Of a DNA stretch of 64,000 bases, positions 20,021-32,166 are shown one piece after another (within the stretch, counting starts at the first letter, position 1; each line of letters begins with the position of its first letter). This stretch comes from Planctomycetota bacterium (GTDB lineage Bacteria; Planctomycetota; B15-G4). The notes beneath the pieces are model-generated. The model ran no database searches and was not told where the DNA came from. It worked only from the letters and a program-made list of their open reading frames with translations. A program made the translations under genes and the position numbers. The DNA lies in the NCBI GenBank assembly GCA_038212275.1, contig JBBQUR010000009.1, positions 96,001 to 160,000 on the forward strand, given 5' to 3'.

Positions 20021-20929
20021 GTGACTGAAGCGCTCATCGAATGCGTCCCCAATTTCTCCGAGGGACGGCGAGCACAGATCGTGGACGAGATCGTGGCTGC
20101 GATGGCCGGCGTGTCCGGCGTGTCGGTGCTCGACCGCACGAGCGACGCGAGTCACAACCGTTCCGTCGTGACGATGGTGGGCTCGGGCGAGAACCTCGTC
20201 GAGGCGGCCGTGCGGGGCGCCGGCGTGGCGGCGAAGCGCATCGACTTGCGCGAACATTCCGGCGAGCACCCGCGCATGGGCGCCACGGACGTCATCCCGT
20301 TCGTGCCGGTGGCGGGCGCGACCATGGCGCACTGCGTCGAACTGGCGCGCGAGTGCGGCCGGCGTCTCGGCGAGGAGCTGGGCATTCCCGTCTTTCTCTA
20401 CGAGGCGGCGGCGACCCGGCCCGAGCGCAGGAATCTCGCCAAGGTGCGCGAGGGGCAGTTCGAGGGCCTGCGCGACCTCATCGGCAAGGATGCGGCGCGC
20501 GACCCGGACTTCGGCCCGCGTGCCATCCACCCCACGGCCGGCTGCACGGCGGTGGGCGCGCGCAAATTCCTCATCGCCTACAACGTGAACCTCGCGAGCA
20601 ACGACGTCGCGCTGGCCAAGAGCATCGCGAAGGCGATTCGCGAGAAGGACGGCGGCTTTCCGTGCGTGAAGGCCATGGGTTTCCACCTCGCCGACACCGA
20701 CCTCGCGCAGGTCTCGATGAACATGGTGGACTACGAGACGACTTCGCTGCTCACCGTGTACGAGGCCATCGAGCGTCTCGCCCGCGAGGCCGGCGTGGAG
20801 CCGCTGGAAAGCGAACTCATCGGCCTGGCGCCCGCCGCCGCGCTGCCCGACGCCGTGGCGCGCCGCGTGAAACTGCGCGACTTCAACCCGGCGCAGCAGA
20901 TCGTCGAACGCCGCGCGGGGCTGGTCTGA
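20021..20929 (+). CDS. ftcD: Glutamate formimidoyltransferase (no cyclodeaminase domain)
   Basis: IECVPNFSEGRR, HNRSVVT, GEHPRMGATDVIPFVP, GARKFLIAYNVNL and QVSMN motifs. Confidence 0.95.
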   Translation: MTEALIECVPNFSEGRRAQIVDEIVAAMAGVSGVSVLDRTSDASHNRSVVTMVGSGENLVEAAVRGAGVAAKRIDLREHSGEHPRMGATDVIPFVPVAGATMAHCVELARECGRRLGEELGIPVFLYEAAATRPERRNLAKVREGQFEGLRDLIGKDAARDPDFGPRAIHPTAGCTAVGARKFLIAYNVNLASNDVALAKSIAKAIREKDGGFPCVKAMGFHLADTDLAQVSMNMVDYETTSLLTVYEAIERLAREAGVEPLESELIGLAPAAALPDAVARRVKLRDFNPAQQIVERRAGLV

Positions 20930-22230
20930 TGAGGCACCGAGGGCCGACGGGGCGCCATGCTCGCTTCGCGTGGATCGGAGCGGCGCTGCTGATCAGCTGC
21001 TTCACGCTCTGCCCGGGCGACGCCCGCGGCCAGACGGCCGGCGCCCGTCCCGCCGGCATTCCCGAGCCGCTGCCGGGCGAGCCCCTGTGCGGCTGGTGCG
21101 GCACCACCGGGCGCACGCCGGTGGACGTCGACAGGAGCCTGAAGTCGGAGGCGGACAAGGGCGCCACCTGGTCGGTGCAGTTCTGCAGCGAGGCCATCGA
21201 CAGCGACAACTTCGGGCTCGACTGGCAGCCGTGCGCGCGCTGCAAGACGCCGTCGCTGCACGACCTCGCCGTGAAAAAGTACGACAAGCAGACGGGCGCG
21301 CTCAAGGCCTGGCTCGACGGACGGCGCAAGGTGGACGCGCAGGTGGGCGCCGAGTCGCCGCTGATCCACGTGCAGACGACGCACTTCCTCGTCACGTGGA
21401 ACGTGCCGAAGATCACGCTGACCAGCAAGCAGACGCTGCGCGCTCACGAAGCCGCGCACCTCTACGCGCGCCGCATGGAGGAGCTCTACGCGAAGTTCCA
21501 GGCCATGTTCGGCATCGTCGACACCGACAACATGCGCAACCTGCACTACCTCTACATCTTCGACGAGCCGGCGCAGGCTGCCATCGCGGGGCCGCTGTTC
21601 ACGGCCCTGTCGCCCGGCGATGCGGCGACGGTGAAGCGAGCCGGCGGAGCGAGCAACGACTCCGCGATCGTGACCTGGTGGGACCACAGCGAGTTCCCGA
21701 AGGACGCGGACATGTACCGCCACCAGATCCACAACGTCGTGCACGCGCTCACGGCGATCTACTACAACCCCACCTGGTTTCCGCCGGGCGTGATCGGCCT
21801 GTCGCCGCCCTGGCTCTCCGACAAGTACGGCTGGCTCGACGAAGGGCTCTCGCACTGGTTCGAGATCAACTTCGACGGGCGCGCGGCCACGTACTGCTTC
21901 CGCGAGCAGAACACGACGGCGCACTGGGGCAGCGACAACTGGAAGAAGAACATCTTCAAGGCCGTGTCCGCCGCCGACACGCCGTCCTTCTCCGAGGTCG
22001 TCACCAAACCGGGGCCGGCACTCAGCGCGCTCGAGCACCAGTTCGTCTGGTCATGGGTCGACTTCCTCCTGGCGCGCGACACGGCTGCCATGGGCAAGGC
22101 GCTCAAGCTCTGCAAGATGAAGGTCGAGACGCGCGACATCATCAAGCAGTGCTGGGGGCTGACCGTGCTCGACTTCGAGCAGAGCTGGGCCGCCTGGGTG
22201 CTCGAGAACTACTCGCCGACGAAGAAGTGA
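20929..22230 (+). CDS. Exported protein with CxxC motifs and a degenerate gluzincin-like region
   Basis: Signal peptide, CGWCGTTG and CARC, HNVVH...WLDEGLSHWFE; ATG overlaps the ftcD stop. Confidence 0.75.
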   Translation: MRHRGPTGRHARFAWIGAALLISCFTLCPGDARGQTAGARPAGIPEPLPGEPLCGWCGTTGRTPVDVDRSLKSEADKGATWSVQFCSEAIDSDNFGLDWQPCARCKTPSLHDLAVKKYDKQTGALKAWLDGRRKVDAQVGAESPLIHVQTTHFLVTWNVPKITLTSKQTLRAHEAAHLYARRMEELYAKFQAMFGIVDTDNMRNLHYLYIFDEPAQAAIAGPLFTALSPGDAATVKRAGGASNDSAIVTWWDHSEFPKDADMYRHQIHNVVHALTAIYYNPTWFPPGVIGLSPPWLSDKYGWLDEGLSHWFEINFDGRAATYCFREQNTTAHWGSDNWKKNIFKAVSAADTPSFSEVVTKPGPALSALEHQFVWSWVDFLLARDTAAMGKALKLCKMKVETRDIIKQCWGLTVLDFEQSWAAWVLENYSPTKK

Positions 22231-22291
22231 AACGCCCGGCGTGCGCGCCGCGCCTCGCGCTCAGGCGCGACGGCGCGCGGGCGGTCGGCGC

Positions 22292-23806
22292 TCAGCCGTT
22301 CCACTGGTAATCCTTGCGGGCCAGCTTCTCGAGATTCGTCGACGCGTCGCGCTTCACGATCTCCATCGCGGCGCGGCGGTCCGCGTTGAGACCCGCCGTC
22401 GCGAGTTCGGCCTCGGACAGTTCGAGCGCGCGCTCGTAGAGCTCCTGCGCCCTGCCGTAGTCGCGGTGCAGATAGTAATGCAGGATCACCGCGGCGTCGT
22501 TGTGCACTCCCGGCTCGTCCGGCAGCAGCTTGAGCGCCTCGCTGTAGCCGCGCCAGCTCTCCTCGAAGCGGTTTGCGTCGCGGCAGACCAGGCCGTAGTT
22601 GTTCCAGAGGTTTCCGTCGGAGGTCTGCACGGCGAGGATCGCCGCGAGGATGTCGGCCGCATCGCCCGCGCGCGGCGGACGCGCGTTCGCCAGCGGCTCC
22701 ACCGCGTAGCCGAGGCTGGTGGCGACTGCCGTCTTGTCGGACTCGGCGCCGATCAGCCGGCCGAGCTGCGCCGCGTCGCGGTGCGTCATCTCGAGCAGCG
22801 CGTGGCTTGCGGCGTCGTACTTGCGTTCGTCCGCGTAGCGCTTCGCAAGGTGGTAGAGCGTCGTGAAGTCGCCCTTGGGGAATCGGTCGAGCACCTTGAG
22901 CGCGGCATTCACCGCGTTGGCGGCCTGGCCCTGCGACTCGTAGAGCCACGTCAGCTGCACCCACGGTTCGTAGCGATCCTTCGGCAGCAATGTGTCGGCC
23001 GCGATCAGATCCGAGATGGCGGTCGCGGCCAGGGTCGCCGCGCGCGGCTCGTTCCCGGCATCCTGCGCCGCCACGACGGCATACACCCCGGCGCAGCCGC
23101 GCAGCAGCAGCGCTTCGGCATCGGCGGGGTCGGCCGTGATGCGCGAACTGGCCGTCGAGAGCGCGGCGTCGAAATCGCCCAGCGTGTAGAGCTCGAAGCG
23201 GGCCAACTCGTCGGCAATGACATGATCGCCCGGTGGGGCGGCCCTGGCCGCGAGTTCGAGGTAGCTGCGCGCTTCGTCGTAGGCGAAGGAGATGTCATCC
23301 TGGCGTCGGCCGGTCTTCGCGAACTTGTCGCCGAGCGCGCGGTAGGCGCGACCCGCGGCGGCGAGCGCGTCGTAGCTCTTGCCGGAGGACAGGGCATCCA
23401 GCGTCTCGACGGCGCGTTCGGGCACGCCGGCCTTCACCTGGGCCTCGGAGAGCAGGATGCGGGCCGAGTCCTGATCGCCCTCGTGGCTGGCGAGCATGGC
23501 GTCGAGCAGCTCGAAGGCCTTGTCGAAGCGACCAGCCGCCACCAGTGCACGCGCCTCGGCCAGACGGCCGTCGATGCCGGCCGACGGCGTCGTCGGGAGG
23601 GCGGGCGTCGCAGGCGCGACCGGTGCGACTGGCGTGACCGGCGCGGCGGGTGCGACCGGAGCGACTGGTGCGGCGGGCGGGGCGGGTGCTTCGGGGACCT
23701 GCGCTACGGCATGCCTCGGCAGGGCGAGCGCCAGCGCGACCGCGAGCACGAGTCGGGATCGACTGAGAGTGTGATGCAGCGCGTCGGTCCCGAGGGTGTG
23801 TCGCAT
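22292..23806 (-). CDS. Exported TPR-repeat protein
   Basis: Signal peptide, Pro/Ala linker, TPR helices (WNNYGL...YSEALKLLPD). Confidence 0.85.
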   Translation of the reverse strand: MRHTLGTDALHHTLSRSRLVLAVALALALPRHAVAQVPEAPAPPAAPVAPVAPAAPVTPVAPVAPATPALPTTPSAGIDGRLAEARALVAAGRFDKAFELLDAMLASHEGDQDSARILLSEAQVKAGVPERAVETLDALSSGKSYDALAAAGRAYRALGDKFAKTGRRQDDISFAYDEARSYLELAARAAPPGDHVIADELARFELYTLGDFDAALSTASSRITADPADAEALLLRGCAGVYAVVAAQDAGNEPRAATLAATAISDLIAADTLLPKDRYEPWVQLTWLYESQGQAANAVNAALKVLDRFPKGDFTTLYHLAKRYADERKYDAASHALLEMTHRDAAQLGRLIGAESDKTAVATSLGYAVEPLANARPPRAGDAADILAAILAVQTSDGNLWNNYGLVCRDANRFEESWRGYSEALKLLPDEPGVHNDAAVILHYYLHRDYGRAQELYERALELSEAELATAGLNADRRAAMEIVKRDASTNLEKLARKDYQWNG

Positions 23807-23811
23807 GGTGA

Positions 23812-25386
23812 TCAGTGCTCCCTGGAGGGCGAACCGGCGGCGCGGATGGCTGCGTCGAGTTGCCTGGCGTCGGGCCGGTTGGGCGCCAGCGCGATCAGTT
23901 CGTCGCACTGGGCGCGCGCAGCGGCGATGTCACCCTGCTCCAGCTCGAGCTTGGCGAGGTTGAGCATCGCGTCGGTGTAGGCCTCGAAATTCTCCGCGTA
24001 GCGGTCCGCTTCGATGAACTGATTGGAGCACGCCGCCTTGCCCAGCTCGATGGAGCGGCGGAAGAGATCCTCGGCATGTCCGAGGTCGCGGTGCAGGTGA
24101 TAGAGCAGGATCAGGCCTGTGTCGTTCACCCAGCGCGCGTTGTCCGGCGCGAGTTCGATGCACTGCTGATAGGCCGCGTACGAGTCCTCGTACTGCGCGG
24201 TCTCGCGGCAGAAGAAGGCCAGATTGTTCCACCACTCGGCGCGGTTGTGCCTGCGCGCCATGCGACCGAAGTAGTCGCGGATGCCCTCGGGGCTGCCGCC
24301 CTGGAAGTACATGTCGCCCGTGAGGTTGACGCCGTTGATGGCATCGGGATCGTCGGGCAGCGCGTCGAGGGCCGCCGAGAAGTCGCGCTCGGCGGCTTGC
24401 AGTGCGGGCATCGCCGCAGCGAGTCCGCCGTCGGCCAGCGTCGCCTGCGCCAGGGCGTACTGCTGCCAGCCCGCATTGATGAGGCAGTCGCTGCGGCGCG
24501 AGGTCAGCTCCCAGGCATCCGCGAGAGGGTCGCGCTTGACGCGCTCGAACTCCGTCGCGCCACGCTCGAAGACGGCAGCGGCGTCGCTGATGTCGCCCTC
24601 GGCAGCGCGCTTGATGCCGCGGCTCAACAGCAGGTAGCCGCGCGTGGCCGTGGTGAGCGGGATGGCAGCGCCGGCCGGACCGGAGGTGCCGGCGGCCGCG
24701 GCAGCCGGCGCGGCGTCGAGCGCGGCAAGTACCACCGTGACGTCGGGGATCGCGTCCCTCCACGTGCGCGCCAGCTGGTGCAGCGGCGCCTGATCGGGCC
24801 ATCGTGTCAGGGCCGCGGCAAGCACCGCAGCGGCCTCCGCTGGCCGGCCCTCCTCAAAGAGTCGCGCGGCGAGCAGCTCCGAGGTCTGCGGGATCCTTCC
24901 TTCGACGGCGCGCAGGCTTGCGAAGGCCTCGTCGGGGTTCATGGAGATGGCAGCAAGCGTCGCGCGGGCGCCCGCCAGCAGGGGAGCCGTGGCCGCCGCG
25001 TCGGCGCCCTCTGCGGCCATCGCCGCCGCAAGTGCCTGTTCAGCCTGAAGTTGCAGCACCTCCTGAACGTCCAGCCACATCTCGGGATCCCGCTGGAGGA
25101 TGGCCGCGTCGAGTGCCTCCAGGGCGGGCGCCAGCAGGAGCTGAGCGGAGGTCTTGGGTGCCGTTGCGCCGGAAGCCGCACCGTTGACCGTTGTCGCGGC
25201 GGCCTGCGCCGGCGCGGCGGGAAGCGGCGGGGGCGCAGGAGGTGCAACCGGGGTCGGCATGGTGTTCGCCGGGGCGGCCGGTGCGTCGTGCGATGGAGCG
25301 GCGGAGCAGCCGACGAGCACGGCAAGCAATGACAGGGACATCGGGCGAAGCAGCAAGGTCTCGATCCGGAGAGAGGGGCGGACCAT
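23812..25386 (-). CDS. TPR-repeat lipoprotein
   Basis: LAVLVGC lipobox, TPRs (WNNLAF...YQQCIELAPD); start at 25386 or 25341. Confidence 0.85.
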   Translation of the reverse strand: MVRPSLRIETLLLRPMSLSLLAVLVGCSAAPSHDAPAAPANTMPTPVAPPAPPPLPAAPAQAAATTVNGAASGATAPKTSAQLLLAPALEALDAAILQRDPEMWLDVQEVLQLQAEQALAAAMAAEGADAAATAPLLAGARATLAAISMNPDEAFASLRAVEGRIPQTSELLAARLFEEGRPAEAAAVLAAALTRWPDQAPLHQLARTWRDAIPDVTVVLAALDAAPAAAAAGTSGPAGAAIPLTTATRGYLLLSRGIKRAAEGDISDAAAVFERGATEFERVKRDPLADAWELTSRRSDCLINAGWQQYALAQATLADGGLAAAMPALQAAERDFSAALDALPDDPDAINGVNLTGDMYFQGGSPEGIRDYFGRMARRHNRAEWWNNLAFFCRETAQYEDSYAAYQQCIELAPDNARWVNDTGLILLYHLHRDLGHAEDLFRRSIELGKAACSNQFIEADRYAENFEAYTDAMLNLAKLELEQGDIAAARAQCDELIALAPNRPDARQLDAAIRAAGSPSREH

Positions 25387-25482
25387 GCGCGGGGTGCGAT
25401 GGGAGAGCGCCGGTATATCCACGCGCCGCAGGTCGGGCAACTCGCGTGCGCCGCTCCCGAGGAGGCGTGGTAGAACGCCCGC

Positions 25483-26172
25483 GTGGCCGCTCGCGGACAT
25501 CCTGATCGTCGCGCACACGCGCTCGCTCTGCTTTCCGGCGGCCTCGACTCCACCGTGGCGGCAGCTCTCCATCAGGCCCACTCCGGCCCCGTGTCGCTCG
25601 GCTTCTTCGTGGATTGGGGTCAGCGCGCAGCCGGGCCCGAGCGCCGCGCCGCCCTGGCCGTCGGCGCGGCCCTCGGCTTTCCCGTGCTGACCACGACGCT
25701 GCCGCTGCTCGCCGAGATCACCGGGACGGCACTCGTGAGGCGCGACAAGCCGATGCCCCAGCCCGAGCCGGGGCGTCTGGACGCCGAGGAGGAAGCGCGC
25801 GCCAGCGCCGACGCCGTCTGGGTCCCCAATCGGAACGGCATCCTGGTCAATCTCGCGGCGGCGGTGGCCGAGGCGCGCGGCCTGGCTTCGGTCATCGTCG
25901 GCTTCAATGCGGAAGAGGCAGCCACCTTCCCCGACAACTCGGCCCGTTTCGTGGATCGCCTCAATGCCTGCCTTGCCGACTCGACCCGAGGGGCGGTGAG
26001 CGTGGTCTGCCCGACCCTGCACCTCAGCAAGGCGCAGCTGCTCGAGGCCGGGCTCCAGGCCGGCGCTCCGGTGCACCTGGCCTGGTCCTGCTACGAGGGG
26101 GGCGAGGCGCCCTGCGGCCGCTGCGAAAGCTGCCGGAGGCGGCAACGCGCCGAGGCGAGCCTGGCTTCCTGA
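25483..26172 (+). CDS. queC: 7-cyano-7-deazaguanine synthase
   Basis: SGGLDS, WVPNRN, FPDN and the [11 protein letters not shown] zinc motif. Confidence 0.92.
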   Translation: MAARGHPDRRAHALALLSGGLDSTVAAALHQAHSGPVSLGFFVDWGQRAAGPERRAALAVGAALGFPVLTTTLPLLAEITGTALVRRDKPMPQPEPGRLDAEEEARASADAVWVPNRNGILVNLAAAVAEARGLASVIVGFNAEEAATFPDNSARFVDRLNACLADSTRGAVSVVCPTLHLSKAQLLEAGLQAGAPVHLAWSCYEGGEAPCGRCESCRRRQRAEASLAS

Positions 26173-26230
26173 GGCGCCAGCCGGTCGGCGTGTCGCCGGG
26201 GGGCGCAGTCCCGATCGGCCGGATGCCGCC

Positions 26231-26260
26231 TTGCCGCGCGACCCGGCACTCTGCTATTGT
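26231..26260 (+). promoter_or_regulatory. Sigma70-like promoter for rpsO-pnp
   Basis: TTGCCG-N18-TATTGT with an extended TGn -10. Confidence 0.55.
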
Positions 26261-26293
26261 TCGGCGAAATTCACAGACAAAGACAGGCAAGCA

Positions 26294-26352
26294 CTCCGGC
26301 CATCGCCGGGGCACATCGGGTGTGGTGACGCGGAGACGAAGGACCGCACCCG
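26294..26352 (+). ncRNA. Candidate structured rpsO (S15) leader RNA
   Basis: Hairpins 26294-26311 and 26317-26352 (10-bp stem with a G-U pair) in the leader of about 100 nt. Confidence 0.4.
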
Positions 26353-26366
26353 GAAAGAAGACATCC

Positions 26367-26648
26367 ATGACCACGACGGTAGTTCACTCCCCGCGCATCG
26401 CGGAGTTTCAGGTCCATGCTGAGGACACGGGTTCCTGCGAAGTGCAGGTGGCCTTGCTCACCACGCGGATCGAAGGGCTGACAGGGCACCTGGGAACTCA
26501 TCCCAAGGACCATTCCACCCGACACGGGTTGCTCAAGCTGGTCGGCCAGCGCAACCGCCTGATGCGCTACCTGCAGCAGACCGATGTGAAGCGTTACGAC
26601 GCGCTCATCGGAAAGCTGGGTATTCGCGGCGTCCGCACCAGCGCCTGA
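26367..26648 (+). CDS. rpsO: 30S ribosomal protein S15
   Basis: [34 protein letters not shown] and LIGKLGIR motifs. Confidence 0.97.
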   Translation: MTTTVVHSPRIAEFQVHAEDTGSCEVQVALLTTRIEGLTGHLGTHPKDHSTRHGLLKLVGQRNRLMRYLQQTDVKRYDALIGKLGIRGVRTSA

Positions 26649-26767
26649 GCGGCGGTGCGGTGTCACGCTCCTGTCCCCATCCCACGCGTGTCCGGTGCTC
26701 CGTCCGGTGCGCGCTCCCCGGAGTCTGACCCCAGGCGGGGTTGCTCCGTACCCAAGGTTATCCATTC

Positions 26768-29365
<2,598 letters not shown>

Positions 29366-29430
29366 CCCGTCTCCTTGCCGGTGACGGCAGGTCTGCCCAC
29401 ACGGGCACCTGACAGCCGGCTCCGACAGCA

Positions 29431-29475
29431 CGAACCCCGTCCCGCGCGAAGGCGCAGGGCGGGGTTCGGCTTTTC
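29431..29475 (+). terminator. Probable intrinsic terminator after pnp
   Basis: CGAACCCCGTCCCGCGC-GAAG-GCGCAGGGCGGGGTTCG hairpin followed by GCTTTTC. Confidence 0.65.
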
Positions 29476-29784
29476 ACGGGGCCGCTCGGGCGACGCCCGC
29501 GGTGCGGTGGCGCGATGCCGTACGAATTCACAAAGCCCGGAATGGCTCGAAAACTGCAGTGAAGTTCGGGCTTCGCGGCTCCGATGAACACGACGACGGC
29601 CTGTCGCTCGCAGGCTGTTCCGGGCACCGAAGGGCCCAAGAAAATCCATCGGAAGCGCGTGATTTCGACTCGGCTCCGCGCGGACTCGGCCCTATCCTGA
29701 CCGCCCGGCTCCACCATCCGGGCGCACGGCAGTGACCGCGCCCGGCAAGCCATCGTGATGCATCGAGTGATTTGGAGGTCGGGC

Positions 29785-30516
29785 ATGTCAGCATCGAGTG
29801 CGCCTCGGTTCGCCGTTCGCCGGCGGCTTGCCGCCAGTCGTGTGCTCGCGGCCTGCACGCTGCTCGCCGCGCTCGTCGCTGCGCGTCTCCCCGAGGTGCT
29901 GCCCGATGCCCTGCAGGTGGTCGGCCAGGTGCTGTATGGCACGATCGACAATGCGAAGTCGGCTGCGACCGTCGACATCATCACCGTCTATGCCAGCAAC
30001 CCGACGTACATGCGGATGCGTGGCGAGGGCCTGTCGCAGACTGATGGCGCCCGCGGCAGCCGGCTCTTCGCCGACGCGCAGGCCAGTACCAACAAGGCGC
30101 TGGTGAAGGTCGCCAAGGCCGCGGGCGTCGATGTCGTGACCGTGCCCGGCGGTGTCACCGGTGGCGACAAGCCTGCCGCCGATCTCACCGCTCAGGTCAT
30201 CGACCTGCTCCCGATCTACCACGTCGAGGGCAAGGTGCTCTCCGGCAACGCGGTGAACGCGCGGCTGCTCGCCGAGGTGGACACGGCGCAATTGCTCGCG
30301 GCGATTCCCGCGTGGCGCGAGGCCCAGGGACTCACCGAGGACCAGCCCAACTACCACTTCCTGCGCAAGAAGGCGCAGGAGACCTATGAGAAGGCGCTGC
30401 TCAAGGTGGCCCACGACGGCAGCTACGATGCCCTGGTGGAGCGCGGCGGCGTCACCTCGCGCCTCGGTCCCGTCCCGGATCTCACGCGCCTCGCCATCGA
30501 AGCGCTGCAGCTTTGA
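29785..30516 (+). CDS. Exported protein of two tandem repeats of about 95 aa, resembling shortened Skp/OmpH
   Basis: N-terminal hydrophobic signal; both repeats share GxVLxG, AxVD, KALxKVA, GGVT and DLT. Confidence 0.6.
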   Translation: MSASSAPRFAVRRRLAASRVLAACTLLAALVAARLPEVLPDALQVVGQVLYGTIDNAKSAATVDIITVYASNPTYMRMRGEGLSQTDGARGSRLFADAQASTNKALVKVAKAAGVDVVTVPGGVTGGDKPAADLTAQVIDLLPIYHVEGKVLSGNAVNARLLAEVDTAQLLAAIPAWREAQGLTEDQPNYHFLRKKAQETYEKALLKVAHDGSYDALVERGGVTSRLGPVPDLTRLAIEALQL

Positions 30517-31964
30517 CCCGACGGCTCTCCGCACGCGCCGCCACGGCCGGGGCCCTGCTCCTGCTGGTTGGCGCGGGACTGGCCGGCTGCGTCTCGGAGG
30601 ACGTCCAGCCCGACACCAGCGGCTGGTCCATCGACCCGGGAGCGGGCGGCGGCCTCGTCGTGGCGGGCGGTGCGCAGGACGCCCCGCCGGAGATTCCGGA
30701 GCCCACGGCCGCCGAGCGGGATGAACTCCTGGCGCTCATCAAGCCGGCCTCCGAGAAGGACCTCGAGCCGGACTTCCTCTCCGATCAGCCGCCGTCGCCC
30801 TTTCATCGGCTTGGGCGCAACGTCATCCGCGGGCTCGACGGGAGCTGGTCGCGCATCTACTCGTTGAAGACCGAGCGCAGCGACGGCGTGCTCCAGGTGC
30901 TGCAGGCGACGGTGCCCGGCTTTCCGGCCGAGCCGAACGTCGCCTTCCCGCCCGACGGCCTGCCCACGCAGATCACGAAGTGGGTCCTGCACAAGGACTT
31001 CTTCCAGGACACGATGGGCAAGCTCGGCGCGCGCGAGCCGCTTCCCAACCCCAAGATTTCCGACATGCTGGTGGTGACGGCGCCGCCCGAGACGCTGCTC
31101 TTCATCGATCAGCTCCTCGACAAGCTGCTGGCGGATCTGCCGCAGATCGAGATGCAGGTGCGCGTCGTCGAGATCAATCTCGATGACCTGCTCCAGTGGG
31201 ACACCAAGATCGGAGCCGCCAAGCTGGAGCAATCCGGCCAGCCCTTCGATGCCACGACCAATCCGGTGGACGGCCATTTCGGCGGTGGCTTCCCGATCCA
31301 GGATGGCGGCGAGGACACGGGCTTCGGCCTCGGCTTCGGCAGCTTCATCCCGCCGACGAACCTCACCGGCTTCCTGCTGAGCCTGCAGGGCGTCATCGAC
31401 GGCGTGCAGGTGGATGCGCTGCTCTCGCTGCTGCAGACCATCGGCGCGAGCGAGCTGATCCTGTCCCCGACGATCACCGTGCTGAACGGGCACCGTGCGC
31501 TCATCAACACCGGGCGCAAGGTGCCGATCTTCGCCGCAACGGGCCTTGGCAACTCGTCCCAGGTCACGGTCCAGTACGAGAACACGGGCGTCAAGGTGGA
31601 GCTGGTTCCGTTCATCGTGAACGAGGACGTGATTCGCGTGGACATCTCCGTGAACGTGTCCGCCGTGACGGGAGAAGTGCCTTCCGTCCTCGCGGGCGAG
31701 GTCGTGTTCAACCCGGTCATCAGCACGCGTGATGCAGGCACCACGGTGCACGTGCACAGCGGCCAGGTCTTCGCGCTGGGTGGCCTGCGCAGCCGCGAGT
31801 CCATCGAGACGATCACGAAGGTGCCTGTCCTGGGCGACATTCCGGTGCTGGGTTGGCTCTTCAAGAGCCGCTCGAGCCGGCTGCGGAACACCGAGATCGT
31901 GTTCTTCATCACCCCGACGATCCGGATCCCGAGCGAGACGCTCGTCGCCCCGCTGGGATCCTGA
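30513..31964 (+). CDS. Short lipoprotein secretin (GspD/PilQ/RcpA superfamily)
   Basis: LAGC lipobox, PQIEMQVRVVEI, LSPTITVLNG, YENTGVKVELVP, GQVFALGGL, KVPVLGDIPVLGWLFK, EIVFFITPTI. Confidence 0.92.
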   Translation: MTRRLSARAATAGALLLLVGAGLAGCVSEDVQPDTSGWSIDPGAGGGLVVAGGAQDAPPEIPEPTAAERDELLALIKPASEKDLEPDFLSDQPPSPFHRLGRNVIRGLDGSWSRIYSLKTERSDGVLQVLQATVPGFPAEPNVAFPPDGLPTQITKWVLHKDFFQDTMGKLGAREPLPNPKISDMLVVTAPPETLLFIDQLLDKLLADLPQIEMQVRVVEINLDDLLQWDTKIGAAKLEQSGQPFDATTNPVDGHFGGGFPIQDGGEDTGFGLGFGSFIPPTNLTGFLLSLQGVIDGVQVDALLSLLQTIGASELILSPTITVLNGHRALINTGRKVPIFAATGLGNSSQVTVQYENTGVKVELVPFIVNEDVIRVDISVNVSAVTGEVPSVLAGEVVFNPVISTRDAGTTVHVHSGQVFALGGLRSRESIETITKVPVLGDIPVLGWLFKSRSSRLRNTEIVFFITPTIRIPSETLVAPLGS

Positions 31965-32109
31965 GCGCCGGCGACGCGAAGCGGGCCGTCGGGAGGCTTC
32001 GCCGAGGCCTCGCCGAGGCGCCGTGGCAGCGTCATCCTGTGCGTTCGGGGACCCCGGGAGGGGCCCGCCGTTTTCACGTCGCCCGGGACGGTCACCAGGC
32101 TCGTGCGCC

Positions 32110-32137
32110 TTGATAAATTCTGCGCCCTGCCTAAACT
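32110..32137 (+). promoter_or_regulatory. Sigma70-like promoter upstream of the HEAT-repeat gene
   Basis: TTGATA-N16-TAAACT in a locally AT-rich patch. Confidence 0.5.
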
Positions 32138-32166
32138 CCGGCGCACTTCGGCTCCGGCCCTGATGC

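Noticed and set aside
23610..23690. APVAPVAPAAPVTP repeat in the TPR gene
   Set aside because: An ordinary Pro/Ala linker following a signal peptide.
25483..26172. QueC as an anti-phage QatC/Cap9-type enzyme
   Set aside because: It has canonical length and motifs, housekeeping neighbours, and no defence genes nearby.
29560..29590. Sigma28-like promoter (TGAAG...CCGATGAA) upstream of the secretin locus
   Set aside because: The match and spacing are too weak to support.
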